Notes: generated from the sequence alone by a model not told the origin. 64,000 nt of DNA from Eledone cirrhosa (GCA_964016885.1 OZ024743.1:338954001-339018000), one strand, 5' to 3'; positions 19,975 through 33,954 are shown, counted from the first letter of the stretch. Translations and numbers: made by a program.

Positions 19975-22900
19975 ATTAAACTCAGACTAGTCCTGAATAA
20001 AACAATTACCACAATAATATCAGCTTACGCACCCCAATCGGGGTTGCCAGACGAGCTTAAGGATAGGTTTTACGAGTCCCTAATGCACACTACTGCTCTA
20101 ACAAACGACAATGACTTCCTAATCATCACAGGAGATTTTAACGGACACGTAGGTAAACACTGCGACGGCTTCAATAGAGTTCATGGAGGCCATGGGGTTG
20201 GCACAAGAAATGAGGAAGGATTCAGACTTCTAGAATTCTGCGACGCCAATGACATGTCGATATGTAACACAAACTTCAAAAAACCCGACAACCACCTGAT
20301 CACCTATAGATCAGGGGAGCACTCTAGTCAGATAGATTTTATCCTCATCAGAGGACGCGACAGATGGACGGTCGTAAACACAAAAGCCTTCCCTAGTGAG
20401 GAATGTACATCCCAACATAGCTTAGTTGTCAGCGACCTCACAGTCAGAACTAGACGAACCTGGAAACAGAAGCCAACCTGGAGAAGAAAGATCTGGAAGC
20501 TGAAAGACCCCTCAACCAGTAACAGATTTAAAGATATTTTACTCAACGCCTACGACAGTAAAGAAGAACAGATAGACACATTCAATATAGAAGAGAACTG
20601 GGAGTTTCCTAAAAAATAACTTACTAGAGGCGACGGATGAGGTCTGTGGCTGGAGTAAGACCTCAAGCAGGAGGAGAGTGACTTGGTGGTGGAACAATAA
20701 GGTAGATGAGGCAGTTAAGGCCAAGAGACAGGCATGGAAAGAATGGAAGAACGGGGCTAGCAGGGTACATTACATAGAGACCTAGAGGGAAGCTAGGCGA
20801 CAAGTATACTTAGCAAGGAGGGAAGCAGAGGATAGAAAATTCGAGCATGTTTTGCAACGTGAGGACCAGAAACAGGTATTCAAGATTGCGAGGCAGTGTG
20901 TCAGAGAGAATTGTGATGTCATTGGAAAGAAGTGTATCCGGAATAATAAAGGTGAGCTTGCCCTCACAAGTGCTGAGAAGAAAGATGCATGGAAGAGTCA
21001 TTATGATACATTACTAAATGAGGAGAATGCATGGGAAGAAGAGACCCTACCCCAAGTAGACCCTATAGAGGAGCCAGCAGTACAAGTCAGCAGCAGCGTA
21101 GTAAGTAAGGCAATCAAAGATATGAAGATGGGGAAGGCAACCGGTCCATCGGATATAGCTGCCGAGATGCTGAAGGCATCTGGGTCTTTAGGTCACACTA
21201 TAACCACACGTATTGTTAACCAGGTAATACTAGAAGGTGTCATACCCAAAGATTGGTGCAGTAGCATCATTGTCAACTGCTAAAAGGGTAAAGGTGATGC
21301 ATTAGATAGAGAAAGCTGATGGACCAGGTCATGAAAGTAACAGAAAGAGTTATAGCACAGTTGATTAGGGACCGGGTGAAACTAGACGAGATGCAATTTG
21401 GGTTTGTACCAGGAAGAGGCACCACTGATGCCCTCTTCCTTGTGAGGCAGTTACAGGAAAAGTACCTAGCTAAAAGTAAGCCACTCTACCTGGCATTCAT
21501 TGATCTCGAGAAAGCCTTTGACAGAGTTCCACGTGCTATAATCTGGTGGGCTCTTAGAAAACTAGGAGTAGATGAATGGCTTGTGAAAGCGGTACAGGCC
21601 ATGTATAGGGGAGCAGTCAGCAAAGTTAGGATTAGCAAAGAGTATAGCGAGGAATTTAGCGTACATATTGTTCTTAGCCCCCTCCTGTTCATCATAGTCC
21701 TGCATGCAATAACGGAGGAGTTTAAGACCAGATGCCCATGGGAACTCCTGGATGCTGATGACCGCGCACTTATAGCTGAATCTATAGTAGAACTAGAGAA
21801 GAAATTCCAAACTTAGAAGCAGGGACGAGAAAGAAAGGGTCTCAAAGTCAACATGACAAAGACTAAGGTCCTTGTAAGTAGACAAGAAAACAGAACCCAG
21901 ATCCCCTCAGGGAAATGGCCTTGCTCAGTATGTAGGAAAGGTGTAGGTAGGAACTCCATTCTCTGCCCCAAATGCAAACAATGGGTACACAAGAGATGTA
22001 GCGGGATCTCAGGAAGCTTAATTAAGAATGTAGGCTTCACATGCAGCAGCTGTGCTGGGACAGCAAACAGCCACAGGAAACAAGTACCACCAATCTCTGG
22101 CAGGGCTCTGTAGAAACAGTAGACAGCTTCTGCTACCTAGGTGACCGAATTAGCAGCGGAGGTGGGTGTTCAGAAAGTACAATAACTAGGGTAAGAACGG
22201 GATGGAAGAAGTTTAGGGAACTACTACCACTGCTAGCTGCAAAAGGCTTCTCCCTCAAAATGAAAGGCAGACTGTATGATGCGTGTATCCGAACAGCGAT
22301 GTTGCATGGTAGTGAGACCTGGGCGCTGAAGGTGGAAGACTTACGTAGATTAGAGAGAAACGAAGCCTGCATGCTCCGATGGATGTGTAATAGTAATATA
22401 CTCGAACGACAAAGCATAAATGAATTGAGAGAGAGACTGAGCATAAGAGGAATCAAATGCTGTGTGCAGGAGAGGCGGTTGCGTTGGTACGGACATGTGA
22501 TGCGTATGAAGGATGACAGCTGCATAAAAATGTGCAGAGCACTAGAAGTCGATGGAAACCGAGGAGTGAGGAGACCCAAGATGAACTGGGATGAGGTGAT
22601 AAAAGCCGACCTTACCCAATTACACCCCTCAAAGGCGATGACACACGACCGTGACCTCTGGCGTCACGCAGTAATACAGAGTACCCGACCTCCCATGGGT
22701 ACAAGCTGAAGCATATAGACAATATGCCCCCACACCCCCCACTGCAAGGTGGTCGTGGAGGTGCCACGGTAAAAAAGCACCCAGCCCACACTGTAAAGTG
22801 GACATGTTGGCGCCACGAAAAAGCACCCAGCACTCACTGTAAATGAGGTTGGTGTTAGGAAGGGCATCCAGCTGTAGAAATCAAGCCAAATCAGTTCCTG

Positions 22901-23007
22901 TATGAGCAAGGCATGGTTAGCCGACCAGACACTGCCCACAACAGGACAACCCGTCTAACCCATGCTAGCATGGAAGAACGGACGTAAAACGGTGATGATG
23001 ATGATGA
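19975..23007 (+). mobile_element. RTE LINE family A, truncated within the APE domain, with stops and frameshifts
   Basis: APE motifs SAYAPQ, GDFNGHVG, SQIDFIL; RT fragments; (GAT)n tail. Confidence 0.95.
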
Positions 23008-23038
23008 TAATATGTATATATAAATATATGTAAATATG

Positions 23039-23073
<35 letters not shown>

Positions 23074-23110
23074 GTATATATGTATATATATATATGTATA
23101 TATATATATG

Positions 23111-23159
<49 letters not shown>

Positions 23160-23286
23160 GTATATATGTATGTGCATATATGTATGTGTATATATGTATG
23201 TATATATATGTATGTATGTATATATATATGTATGTATGTATATATATGTATGTATGTATATATATATATATATATGTATATGTATG

Positions 23287-23326
<40 letters not shown>

Positions 23327-23463
23327 CATGTATATATATATGTATATACATGTATATATATATGTATATACATGTATATATATATACATATGTATATACA
23401 TGTATATATATGTATATATATATATATGTGTATATACATGTATATATGTATGTATGTATATAT

Positions 23464-23517
<54 letters not shown>

Positions 23518-23632
23518 GCATATATGTATGTGTATATATGTATGTATATATATGTATGTATGTATATATATATGTATGTATGTATATATATGTATGTATG
23601 TATATATATATATATATATATGTATATGTATG

Positions 23633-23678
<46 letters not shown>

Positions 23679-24242
23679 CATGTATATATATATGTATATA
23701 CATGTATATATATATACATATGTATATACATGTATATATATGTATATATATATATATGTGTATATACATGTATATATGTATGTATGTATGTATATATATA
23801 CATGTATATATATATGTATGTATGTATATATATACATGTATATATGTATGTATGTATATATATACATGTATATATGTATGTATGTATATATATACATGTA
23901 TATATGTATGTATGTATATATATACATGTATATATGTATGTATGTATATATATACATGTATATATGTATGTATGTATGTATATATATACATGTATATATG
24001 TATGTATGTATATATATACATGTATATATGTATGTATGTATATATATACATGTATATATGTATGTATGTATATATATACATGTATATATGTATGTATATA
24101 TATATATGTATGTATGTATATATATACATGTATATATGTATGTATGTATATATATACATGTATATATGTATGTATGTAAATATATACATGTATATATGTA
24201 TGTATGTATATATATGTATGTATGTATATATGTATATGTATG

Positions 24243-24274
<32 letters not shown>

Positions 24275-24423
24275 TATATATATATATTTATGTATATATA
24301 TGTATGTATATATATATATATATATATTGTATATATATATGTGTATTTATATATATATATGTATATGTATATATATATATGTATATGTATATATGTATAT
24401 ATATATATGTATATATATATATG

Positions 24424-24454
<31 letters not shown>

Positions 24455-24587
24455 GTATATATGTATGTGTATATATGTATGTATATATATGTATGTGTAT
24501 ATATGTATGTATATATATGTATGTATGTATATATATATGTATGTATGTATATATATATGTATGTATGTATATATGTATGTATATATG

Positions 24588-24628
<41 letters not shown>

Positions 24629-24695
24629 GTATGTGTATATATATATATATATGTATATGTATGTGTATATATATATATATATATATATGTATATG

Positions 24696-24732
<37 letters not shown>

Positions 24733-25031
24733 GTATGTATATATATATATATATATGTATATACATGTATATATATATGTATATACATGTATATATATAT
24801 ATATATATATGTATATACATGTATATATATGTATATATATATATATGTGTATATACATGTATATATGTATGTATGTATATATATACATGTATATATATAT
24901 GTATGTATGTATATATATGTATATGTATGTATGTATGTATATATATATATATATGTATGTATATATATATATATATATATTTATGGTTCCTTACTACATT
25001 TCCTACGTTATGTATATATACATATATATAC

Positions 25032-25078
<47 letters not shown>

Positions 25079-25245
25079 CACATATATATATACAATATAT
25101 ATATATATATATACATACATATATATATTTATGTATATATATATATATGTATGTATATATATATATATATATATTGTATATATATATGTGTATTTATATA
25201 TATATATATATATATATATTTATGTATATATATGTATATATACAT
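23008..25245. repeat. Compound (TA)n/(TATG)n array with higher-order units (about 30-bp TACATG-containing unit)
   Basis: Direct reading; repeated tatacatgtatatatgtatgtatg blocks. Confidence 0.95.
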
Positions 25246-25295
25246 AACGAAGGAAATGTAGTAAGGAACCAGATGGACCATAACGCACCAAAGTA
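25246..25295 (-). mobile_element. Third copy of the short PLE-type tail, with an inverted piece at 24984-25012
   Basis: gaaggaaatgtagtaaggaaccagatggaccataacgcaccaaagtac matches 8211-8262. Confidence 0.7.
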
Positions 25296-25535
25296 CCAGT
25301 AATGCACTGGGTACTTGTTGGCCTTGTGCCAAATGTAGAAACAATTATTTGAGAGTGAATTGACAGTATCAGTAGAGGGTTAGACGCCATGCTTTCTAGC
25401 ATAGTTACGTCCCTTTACAGTCTGAGTTCAAATCCCGCCGAGGTTAACTTTGCTTTTCATCCTACGGGGTCGATAAAAAAGTACCAGTAATGTACTGAGC
25501 AATTGCTGACCTTGTGCCTAAAGTAGAAATAATTA
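25289..25535 (+). mobile_element. tRNA-derived SINE with Nin/Deu-like domain, preceded by a partial extra tail
   Basis: B box gagttcaaatccc; tttcatcctacggggtcgataaa...agtaccag; similar to the 48.9 kb and 57.0 kb copies. Confidence 0.75.
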
Positions 25536-25580
25536 TATTATGTAACATTATCCCATTATTTTAATTTATATTCCTTTGAA

Positions 25581-25698
25581 GTTCCAATGAGCCATTCTGT
25601 TTTTTAAATATGTTAATTATTTCCAACTGAACCAAGATCAATTATGATATATAGTCGTCAAATCCAGAAATATATGGAGTAGCGAAACAATTGTAAAC
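25581..25698 (+). ncRNA. Hammerhead-like motif in the 5' pseudo-LTR (core CCAAUGA, probably inactive)
   Basis: Homologous to 7678-7797 with G5 changed to A. Confidence 0.5.
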
Positions 25699-28600
25699 GG
25701 ACATTATTATTATTAATATTATTATTACTATTCTCTACATTCCTTACATCAAACTAAAATATGTTGACAATCTTTTAATAATGTCTTGTGAAGTTTGTGG
25801 CCTTGTTTTGCTTAACTAATAAATATTTCCAGCTCTGCGCACCTAACTTCTGCATGAACCCAGCCACCTAGCTGCTTTCTACTGCATATTGCACATTGAG
25901 CACATGCCTTTATGCTTTGGCTTCTAACTAACTCACCAATCTCTCCTCTCATATCTCCTCTACTATCTCCATCTCTCTCTTTAAGATTGGTTACTCTTGA
26001 ACTGTGTATACTTGAGCTCCCGTAGTTGAGCTATTTACTGTTAGAAGTCTCCATGTTGAGCAAACAGGAACTCAGAATCTCACTTAAGTCCATACCTATC
26101 CCGGACAGAAAGACATACCTCAAACTCCTAATATAGTGTGTCAACTCCTTCATCTGAAGAATAAGATGGAAAGCGTACCACTTTGACCGTGCGGTTGCTG
26201 CTGACGCCGGAAGTACAGCAAATAGATATGGATTTACCACCTGCAAGAACCCCCCACACAACATCCTGCTGGACCCTTTTGAGAAAGATCTATTCAACTT
26301 CGTCAGGAGCATTAAGTTCAAAAAGCATTATAGACACAAGAATAACTTCCTCACTATATTAGCAACCTCTTACATGTTATGTCTGACAAAACTAAAAATC
26401 TATACACCATGACTCCTGAAACTTACAACTCTTTCCGTCTTAAAGAACTCAATAAAAACTATAAAAAACTATACCCTCCAGTGCAAACGTACTTAACCGA
26501 AAAGCCCAGGCTTTGGTTAAGGACTTGCATCTGGATAGAGTTACCCACCCTTATGTACCAACAACTGCAAGGTTCTCTCTCAAGGACCACAAGCCAAACT
26601 TTATAGAGAACCCATCCATTAGACTCATAAGCCCAACCACATCTGACCTGGGCCGCATCAGTAAGAACATCCTTGATAGGATAATCCCTGGGCTACCGGA
26701 TGATACCACCTACAAGTTGTGGTCCAACACCGGCCAAGTCATCAGATGGTTCTCCGATCTAAGGTCCAAGCAATCTATGAGGTTCATCCAATTTGATATA
26801 GACAGCTATTACGCGTCAATAACCCCGGAACTGCTCAACAAAGCACTAGCCCTAGCCACCACCAACTCAGACATAACCAATAATGAGATTAACATCATAC
26901 TTATGGCTAGGCAGACTATCATTGAATTCAGCGGAGCACTCTGGACTAGAAAAGATAGAACAGACAACTTTGACATTACGATGGGCTCAAGTGACTCCGC
27001 GCAAATCACCGATTTAGTTAGAATTTACCTATTACGTAACATCAGAGCCAAAATCCAACCCATGCAAGGCGGAATATACAGGGACGACGCCCTATTTGTG
27101 GTCCACAATTGCACTAATTGGGGAATCGATTTGCTAAAGAAACAATTACATAGATTCTTCAAAAATAACGGTCTCTATCACCATCGAGCTGAACCATAAA
27201 GTAGTAAACTTCCTAGACGTCACACTTGATCTCAACAATAACCTTTATAACCCTTACCATAAACCAGGTGAAATACTCACATATATTAGCCCACACTCTA
27301 ACCACCCACTGGCAGTCATCAGAGCAGTAATCAAATCTATCTCCTATAGGATCTCAATGCTATCAGCAAATGAGGAGATATTTATAAACACACACAATAT
27401 TATAATTCTCTCTGAATCTGGTTATAAACAATCAATTTATTACATACCTAAATGCCATAACACAGCAACTCACCATAATAAACTTAACACTAGAACTAGA
27501 AATACCTTAGCATATAGCCAGATTCGCCGGAATTTTAGCAGTAACAACACCTATACAGGGAACTTTAATGGTGGCAGCGGCCTGCTCCCCACTCCAAGTA
27601 GCAAACTAAAAATCAACCCTAGAATAGGAATGAGAAATGGGATGACAAATAACAAATCTCCAGGTAATAATAACCCTAGGAAGGCCCCTACCAACTCCAC
27701 TAGAACCCCTAGAAGGAATAGACCTAGAAATATCACCTGGCTCAACCCCCATTTTCATCTAATCTAGCCACTAATATCCTCAAACGCTTCTTCTCTATCC
27801 TATCCAAATACCCCCCCCCCCCCACCATAGATATTACAAACTCTTTAATAAAAATAACATTAAAATCTCATTCTCCACAACACCTAACCTAGCTAGCCAC
27901 ATCGCGTTCAGTAACCATCATAAGCTAAGACAGTATAACTCCCACACCGCGGTACCACCACCCCTATCAAATACACCACGCCGCTACACCAATAATTACT
28001 CTAGTAGCACACCTTCCTCATCTAATCCTTCTAGCACGGACCTACCGTTTAGGTTAAACAACCCTACTCTCACTAACTGCAGAAGCAACTGCCACTGCCG
28101 TTACCCCAATGCATGCCCATTAAATGGACACTGCCTGACACCCAACATAGTCTATAGGTGCACGGTTGAGACTGCTTCGAATACCAGCTCTTATATCGGG
28201 TCTACCTCTAACCCTTTTAAGGTACGCTATAACGCGCACTCTTTTTCCTTCCGAGACCCTAGCAACAGATGTTCGACATCGCTAGCTAGGCTCATTAAAA
28301 ACCTTAAATTAAACAACGTTCAACACTCACTAAAATGGGATATCGTGGCTAGGGCCCAACTGTTCAATGGACGAAGAAAATCTTGTGATCTCTGTGTAAC
28401 GGAAGCATATTACATAACTCTATCACAACCTCTACCAATTAACGATAGAACGGAGGTAACCATTAGCTGTCAACATCGAAGGGCTAATTCCTTCGCCAAT
28501 AGAATTTTTGATCCAACTTAGTCATGTAGCCCCATTTTTACTTGTAGCTAATAAGTTAAATTGCTATGAACAACTCGATAATTATAAGTTACCTCCCCTA

Positions 28601-28895
28601 CATTGTCTCAATTAAAAAATTTAAAAATTAGCACTTAACTATAAACACTCACAATTTCTAATCTCTCGAGAAGTTACTTCCCCTGAAACCACCCTCTAAT
28701 TAGTAAGGTAAATATGACCTTTGGCAGCCGTCTTGTTACCCATAGGCAGATCTCACACAATGCAGCCTCGACAGATGAATACTGCTTGATTATGGCTGAC
28801 AACTGATGCAACCAAGACACCATAGTAAAAAACAATATATGGAACATTATATTATGTAACATTATCCCATTATTTTAATTTATATTCCTTTGAAG

Positions 28896-29014
28896 TTCCG
28901 ATGAGCCACTCTGTTTTTTAAATATGTTAATTATTTTCAACTGAACCAGATCAATTATGATATATAGTCATCTGATCCAGAAATATTATATGGAGTAGCG
29001 AAACAATTGTAACG
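28896..29014 (+). ncRNA. Hammerhead-like motif in the 3' pseudo-LTR (CCGAUGA core)
   Basis: guu-CCGAUGA-gccacuc...gaguagc-GAAA-caauug-UA. Confidence 0.6.
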
Positions 29015-29326
29015 GACATTATTATTATTAATATTATTATTATTATTCTCTACATTCCTTACATCAAACTAAAATATGTTGACAATTTTTTAATAATGTC
29101 TTCCTTGTGAAGTTTGTGGCCTTGTTTTGCTTAACTAATGAATATTTCCAGCTCTGCGCACCTAACTTCTGCATGAATCCAGCCACCTAGCTGCTTTCTA
29201 CTGCATATTGCACATTGAGCACATGCCTTTACACTTTGGCTTCTAACTAACTCACCAATCTCTCTTCTCATATCTCCTCTACTATCTCCTCTCTCTCTTT
29301 AAGATTGGTTACTTTCGAACTCTGTG

Positions 29327-29384
<58 letters not shown>

Positions 29385-29427
29385 TACACACACACATACA
29401 TACACATACATATATATATATATATAT

Positions 29428-29632
29428 ATAGGAACAAGTATGACCCTGACGGCAGAGCTCAAGCCGTTTCGACGACTATTTCTGGCTATTGCATCCAGAA
29501 ATAGCCGTCGAAACGGCTTGAGCTCTACCGTCGGAGTCATACTTGTTTCTATTACCCACTCTACTACCCTAAGTATTGAGTACTTTGGTGCGTTATGGTC
29601 CATCTGGTTCCTTACCACAATTCCTTCATTAT
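29428..29632 (+). mobile_element. Short PLE-type element: 125-bp fold-back hairpin containing a hammerhead 3' half, plus an ~80-bp tail
   Basis: 58-bp arms with 5 mismatches around the loop ctattgcat; right arm reads GAAA-cgg...ccg-UC^ggaguc. Confidence 0.72.
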
Positions 29633-29754
29633 ATATATACATACACGCACACATACACACACATACAAATAAATAATCAAAATACTATAAATGTATGTAC
29701 ATATGCGTCTGTCTGCAAATGCGCCCGCACACAGTCCTATGTGAGAACAAAAAC

Positions 29755-31832
29755 CTAGTGGGTAAGTAAGGACAAAAGGGGAGTAAAATTGAAATAATAA
29801 ACACAATTATTAAGAACAGGAAAGGGAAAAAAGGTTGTAAAAGGTTTACGATGAGATCTAGATAAGAGTATCTGGTTAAAGTGTGAACTGAGTAAAGGAT
29901 AAAGGTGGTGGGTGTGTATGTGTAAAGGGTAAGGTAGAAAGTAGGGGGGATTATAAGTCAACTGAAAAAAATTTAAATAATAGGAAAAAATTAATAAATA
30001 TAAAGAGATATAGAAGGAGATGAGGGAGAAAAAGTATATATGGGTAAGAAGTATCAGTTCATAGGGTAATAATATTCGTGGTGAGTGGAAGGTGTAATGA
30101 GTAAAGAAGAAGCTCAAGGTGGTTGAGTCATCGTAGGAATGTCAATCCAATTAAAAAGTAGGTGCGATTTCAGATGTGGACAACACTGAAGATCTTGGTC
30201 TTGGAGTTGAGGCAAGTGGAAGGGGCTTTCAAGTTTTGGAGAATTCTAAATTTTTCCATGGTGCACAATGAACATTTCTTTGTGCTTCTTTGGTATTCTC
30301 CTGAATGGTCTAAAATAGACCAATCAATAGTGTACGGAATTTTTTTGTCTTTGAATTCCCACACTTTATTTGCAAGCGCCGTTGCTGTTCTTTTTTCAGG
30401 GTGTTTAAAAGAAGCGACATGTGCATAATACCTGGTTTTGAATCTGTCCTGAGTCATGCCAACATATCGTTCAATCCTGGCTGGCTGGTTATTGATCATC
30501 GCTGTCAATTTGGCCTCATACACAATGGATTTGGTATTACATTTACCCTGTAATGGGCATTCTTCCGGCTTCCTGCAACTGCATCTTGAATTTACTCTTG
30601 TACGATTAGAGTTGGTAAAGTTAGTCTTCATTGATGGACAGCAAGAGTAACTGATTTTGACTACATTTCTATTAAATATCTTATTATATCTATGATTAGG
30701 GGGAAAATGTTTGTCTAGGAGGTCGAGGAATTTCCTTCCTACATTAGTTTTGACAGTTAGAGAGAAGGTGGGTGTAAACCAAATAATTTTTCTTTTCCTG
30801 TTATTGTGTTTAGTGTTAGAGGCAGGAGTAGGTAAATATTTAATATGTTCGCTGAAGCCGCTGTTATTGAGGGCCTTATTATAATAAGGCTTTGTTAAAA
30901 ATGTCTAGAGACGAAGATAAGGTAGAAATCCTACGGCTAATGTTAGGAATAAGATTTTTAAAGACTATAGGGGGATGGCAAGACTCTTTGTGTATATATC
31001 TTAAAAATTCTCATTAGGTTTATGATAAGGTTTAAAACAGGCAGTAAGTAGATCAAGATATAATCAAGACAGTTAGTATTAGTAAGATTTGTATCTATAG
31101 TAATTTTAAGGTTTAGGCTAGCAAAGGTATTGATTAAATCTTTACGGAATTTATCAAGGTTATGGCCGTTGGTGGTATAAGAAACTGCCAAACCGTCGTC
31201 TCGGTATAAACCGATATTATGGCAAGGAAATTTCTCTTTAAGGGTGTGGAGGAGGAATAATCCTACTAAGTCGCACACATAAGCACTATCATATGAGCCC
31301 ATCGCAACATCTAAAGAATTTTCAGGGCTTGACTTTTTAACCCAAATACTTTCATTAGCAAAGAGTAGTGTTTTCCTAGCATGAAAGATAACGTCTTCTA
31401 ATTTAGAAATATTAATGAAAGGTCTTGCAAAATCTAAGGCATTTGTTAATAAGGATTCAGTGATAGAGGGGTAAAAATCAACAAAATCAAATTGGGTAAA
31501 TCTACACTTATTTTTTCCTTGTATATTATTAAACCAAGAAATAACAGAGGATGTATTTAACCATTGTGATAAGTCAGTCTTAGTTCTTATTTGGAGTATT
31601 ATTTTTCTTAAGATTTTTTTACTTGTAAGGCCAACTTCAGATTTAGCAGGGTTAGTTAGTCTACAGTTAGGTTGATTAGTAAAGTCTGATTTATGGTCTT
31701 TAAGGGTAATATATGCTTTACGTTTAGCTTGGATTTCAATCCGGTTATCTATTTTTAAAATACTAGCTAGGTCTTTAACTTCATTATTAATGGTATTGTA
31801 GGTATTAATGTTAGCTATTTGATATTTGGAGT
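29755..31832 (-). mobile_element. 5'-truncated, degraded Naiad-like PLE (RT plus GIY-YIG)
   Basis: YITLKDHK, CRLTNPA, MGSYDSAYVCDLVG, GLYRDDGL, CPLQGKCNTKSIVYEA, YVGMT...FKTRY, CSLCTMEK; trailer boundary approximate. Confidence 0.9.
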
Positions 31833-31837
31833 GTATA

Positions 31838-33677
31838 CATCATCATCATCATCATCATCATCATTTTACGTCCGCTTTTCCCTGCTTGCAAGGGTGGGAC
31901 GGGTCTTATTCAGCACAGCATCTCTCCACTCGTCACGGTCCCTCGTCATCTCCACCGTGAGCTTCAATGATCTGAGGTCTGTTCTCACCACCTCCGCCCA
32001 TGTTTTTCGTGGTCTACCTCTACCACGTCTTCCTTCAACTGGCATTTCCTGGCACTTCTTCACCCATCGGTCATCCTCCATGCGCATCACATGTCCATAC
32101 CACCTCAGTCTCCTCTCCCGTACACTACATTCTATCCCTCTCAGACACAGTTTCTCTCTCAACACATTTATGCTGGGTCGTTCACGCACATTTACACTGC
32201 ACATCCAACGGAGCATGCTTGCCTCATTTCTCTCCAGCCGTCGCATATCTTCTGCGGTAGCTGCCCATGTCTCACTACCATGCAGCATCGCGCTCCTCAC
32301 ACAGGCATCATACAACCGGCCTTTCGTACGCAGGGAGAAACCCTTCTTCGTCAACAGAGGAAGCAGCTCCCTAAACTTCTTCCAACCCGTCCTTATTCTA
32401 GATACTATGGCCTCGGAACACCCTCCTCCCATGCTAATCTGATCTCCTAGGTACCGGAAGCTATCCACCACTTCTATAGCGCCCTCTCGCATTTGAAAAA
32501 TGTGTCTATCAGTGCGACTTCTACTGTCTAATTTCCCTGTACATCTACTGCATACATATTTCTCCCTACCTGTTAGTTTGCCTGCTATCCCGCTACATCT
32601 CTTGTGTACCCAGGACCTACATTGTGTGCATTTTATAGAATTTATGCCAGTTCCTTTTCTGCATATCGAACATGGCCATTTCCCTGACGGAATCAGGGTT
32701 TTGTCCTCTTTTCTACTCATCAACACTTTTGTCTTAGCTAGATTTACTCTCAGTCCTCTTGCTTCCAACTGCTGTTTCCATAGCCGGAATTTATTCTCTA
32801 GCTCCTCTACTGATTCTGCCATAAGAGCCAGATCGTCAGCATAGAGAAGTTCCCATGGACAGCCAGTCTTAAACTCCTCTGTTATGGCTTGGAGGACTAT
32901 AATGAACAAGAGCGGGCTGAGGACCGAACCCTGATGTACTCCTACTTGTATCTGGAATTCCTCACTAAACTCCATTCCTACCCTGACTTTACTGAGAGTA
33001 CCTCTGTACAAAGTTTGCACTGTCCTTACAAGCCATTCCTCAACACCCAGCTTCCTTAGGGACCACCAGATGACAGATCGGGGTACCCTATCAAAGGCCT
33101 TCTCTAGGTCAACAAAGGCTAAGTATAGTGGCTTATTCTTCTCTAAGAACCTCTCTTGCATTTGTCTCACCAAGAAGAGGGCATCTGTTGTACTCTTCCC
33201 AGGCACAAAACCAAACTGCATCTCATCTAGTTTGACCCTTTCTCTAATTAGTTGTGCTAGAATCCTTTCTGCCACTTTCATAACCTGATCTATCAGTTTT
33301 ATACCCCTATAATTGCTCCTCTCCAAAGCATCCCCTTTACCTTTGTAGCAATTTATGAGAATACTGCTGCACCAGTCTTTGGGTATGACACCACCATATA
33401 TAGCCTGATTGATTATGCGTGCAACCAGTTTAGTGCCTACGTCCCCTGATGCCTTCAGCATCTCAGCAACTATTCCCGATGGTCCGGCCGCCTTACCATT
33501 TTTCATTTCCCTAATCGCCTCTTGGACCCTATATTCGTCAATCTCAATAGCTGGTCCCTCTGTCGGATCTACCAAGGGTAATTTCTCTCTCTCCCATTCG
33601 TTCTCCACATTCATCAGTCTCTCATAATGACATTTCCAGGCCTCCTTTTTCTGGTCATTCGTGACACTAAGTACACC
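31838..33677 (-). mobile_element. RTE LINE family C, 5'-truncated, open RT frame, no 3' UTR
   Basis: About 600 aa of uninterrupted RT with PHD insert, ending REKRT* directly before (GAT)n. Confidence 0.96.
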
Positions 33678-33954
33678 AATATATATGTATATATATATTT
33701 TATATATATATATATTTATGTATATGCACACCTCGTGTATTTGTTTATTTTTAATTGTTTTTATTCCCCCCCCCCCCCCCCCCCTTCCTAAATCAAATCC
33801 TCCTAAAGTTACCCACTGTTTGTTTCTCTCGGATTTTTAATTAATATTTACATGTTTTTAAATGATTTGTCTCATTCTGTTGGACCCTTCCTAAATCAAA
33901 TCCTTCTCCTAAATATAATCCTTCTAGTATTATTATTAATTAATTATTCTAGAA

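Larger units (their letters stand above)
25532..29328 (+). mobile_element. Near full-length Naiad-like PLE with direct pseudo-LTRs (25532-26010 and 28846-29328); disrupted ORF about 26053-28521
   Basis: SLKSIPIP...RIRWKAY, LKDHKPNF, RLISP, QFDIDSYY, MGSSDSA, IYRDDAL, VNFLDVTLDL, and GIY-YIG CPLNGHCL...IVYRC...YIGST...CDLC. Several stops and frameshifts. Confidence 0.92.

Noticed and set aside
26130-26160. In-frame TGA as selenocysteine (known in some Naiad elements)
   Set aside because: It falls at a probable Arg/Lys position before RIRWKA, next to a TAG and frameshifts, so decay is more likely; no SECIS could be identified by eye
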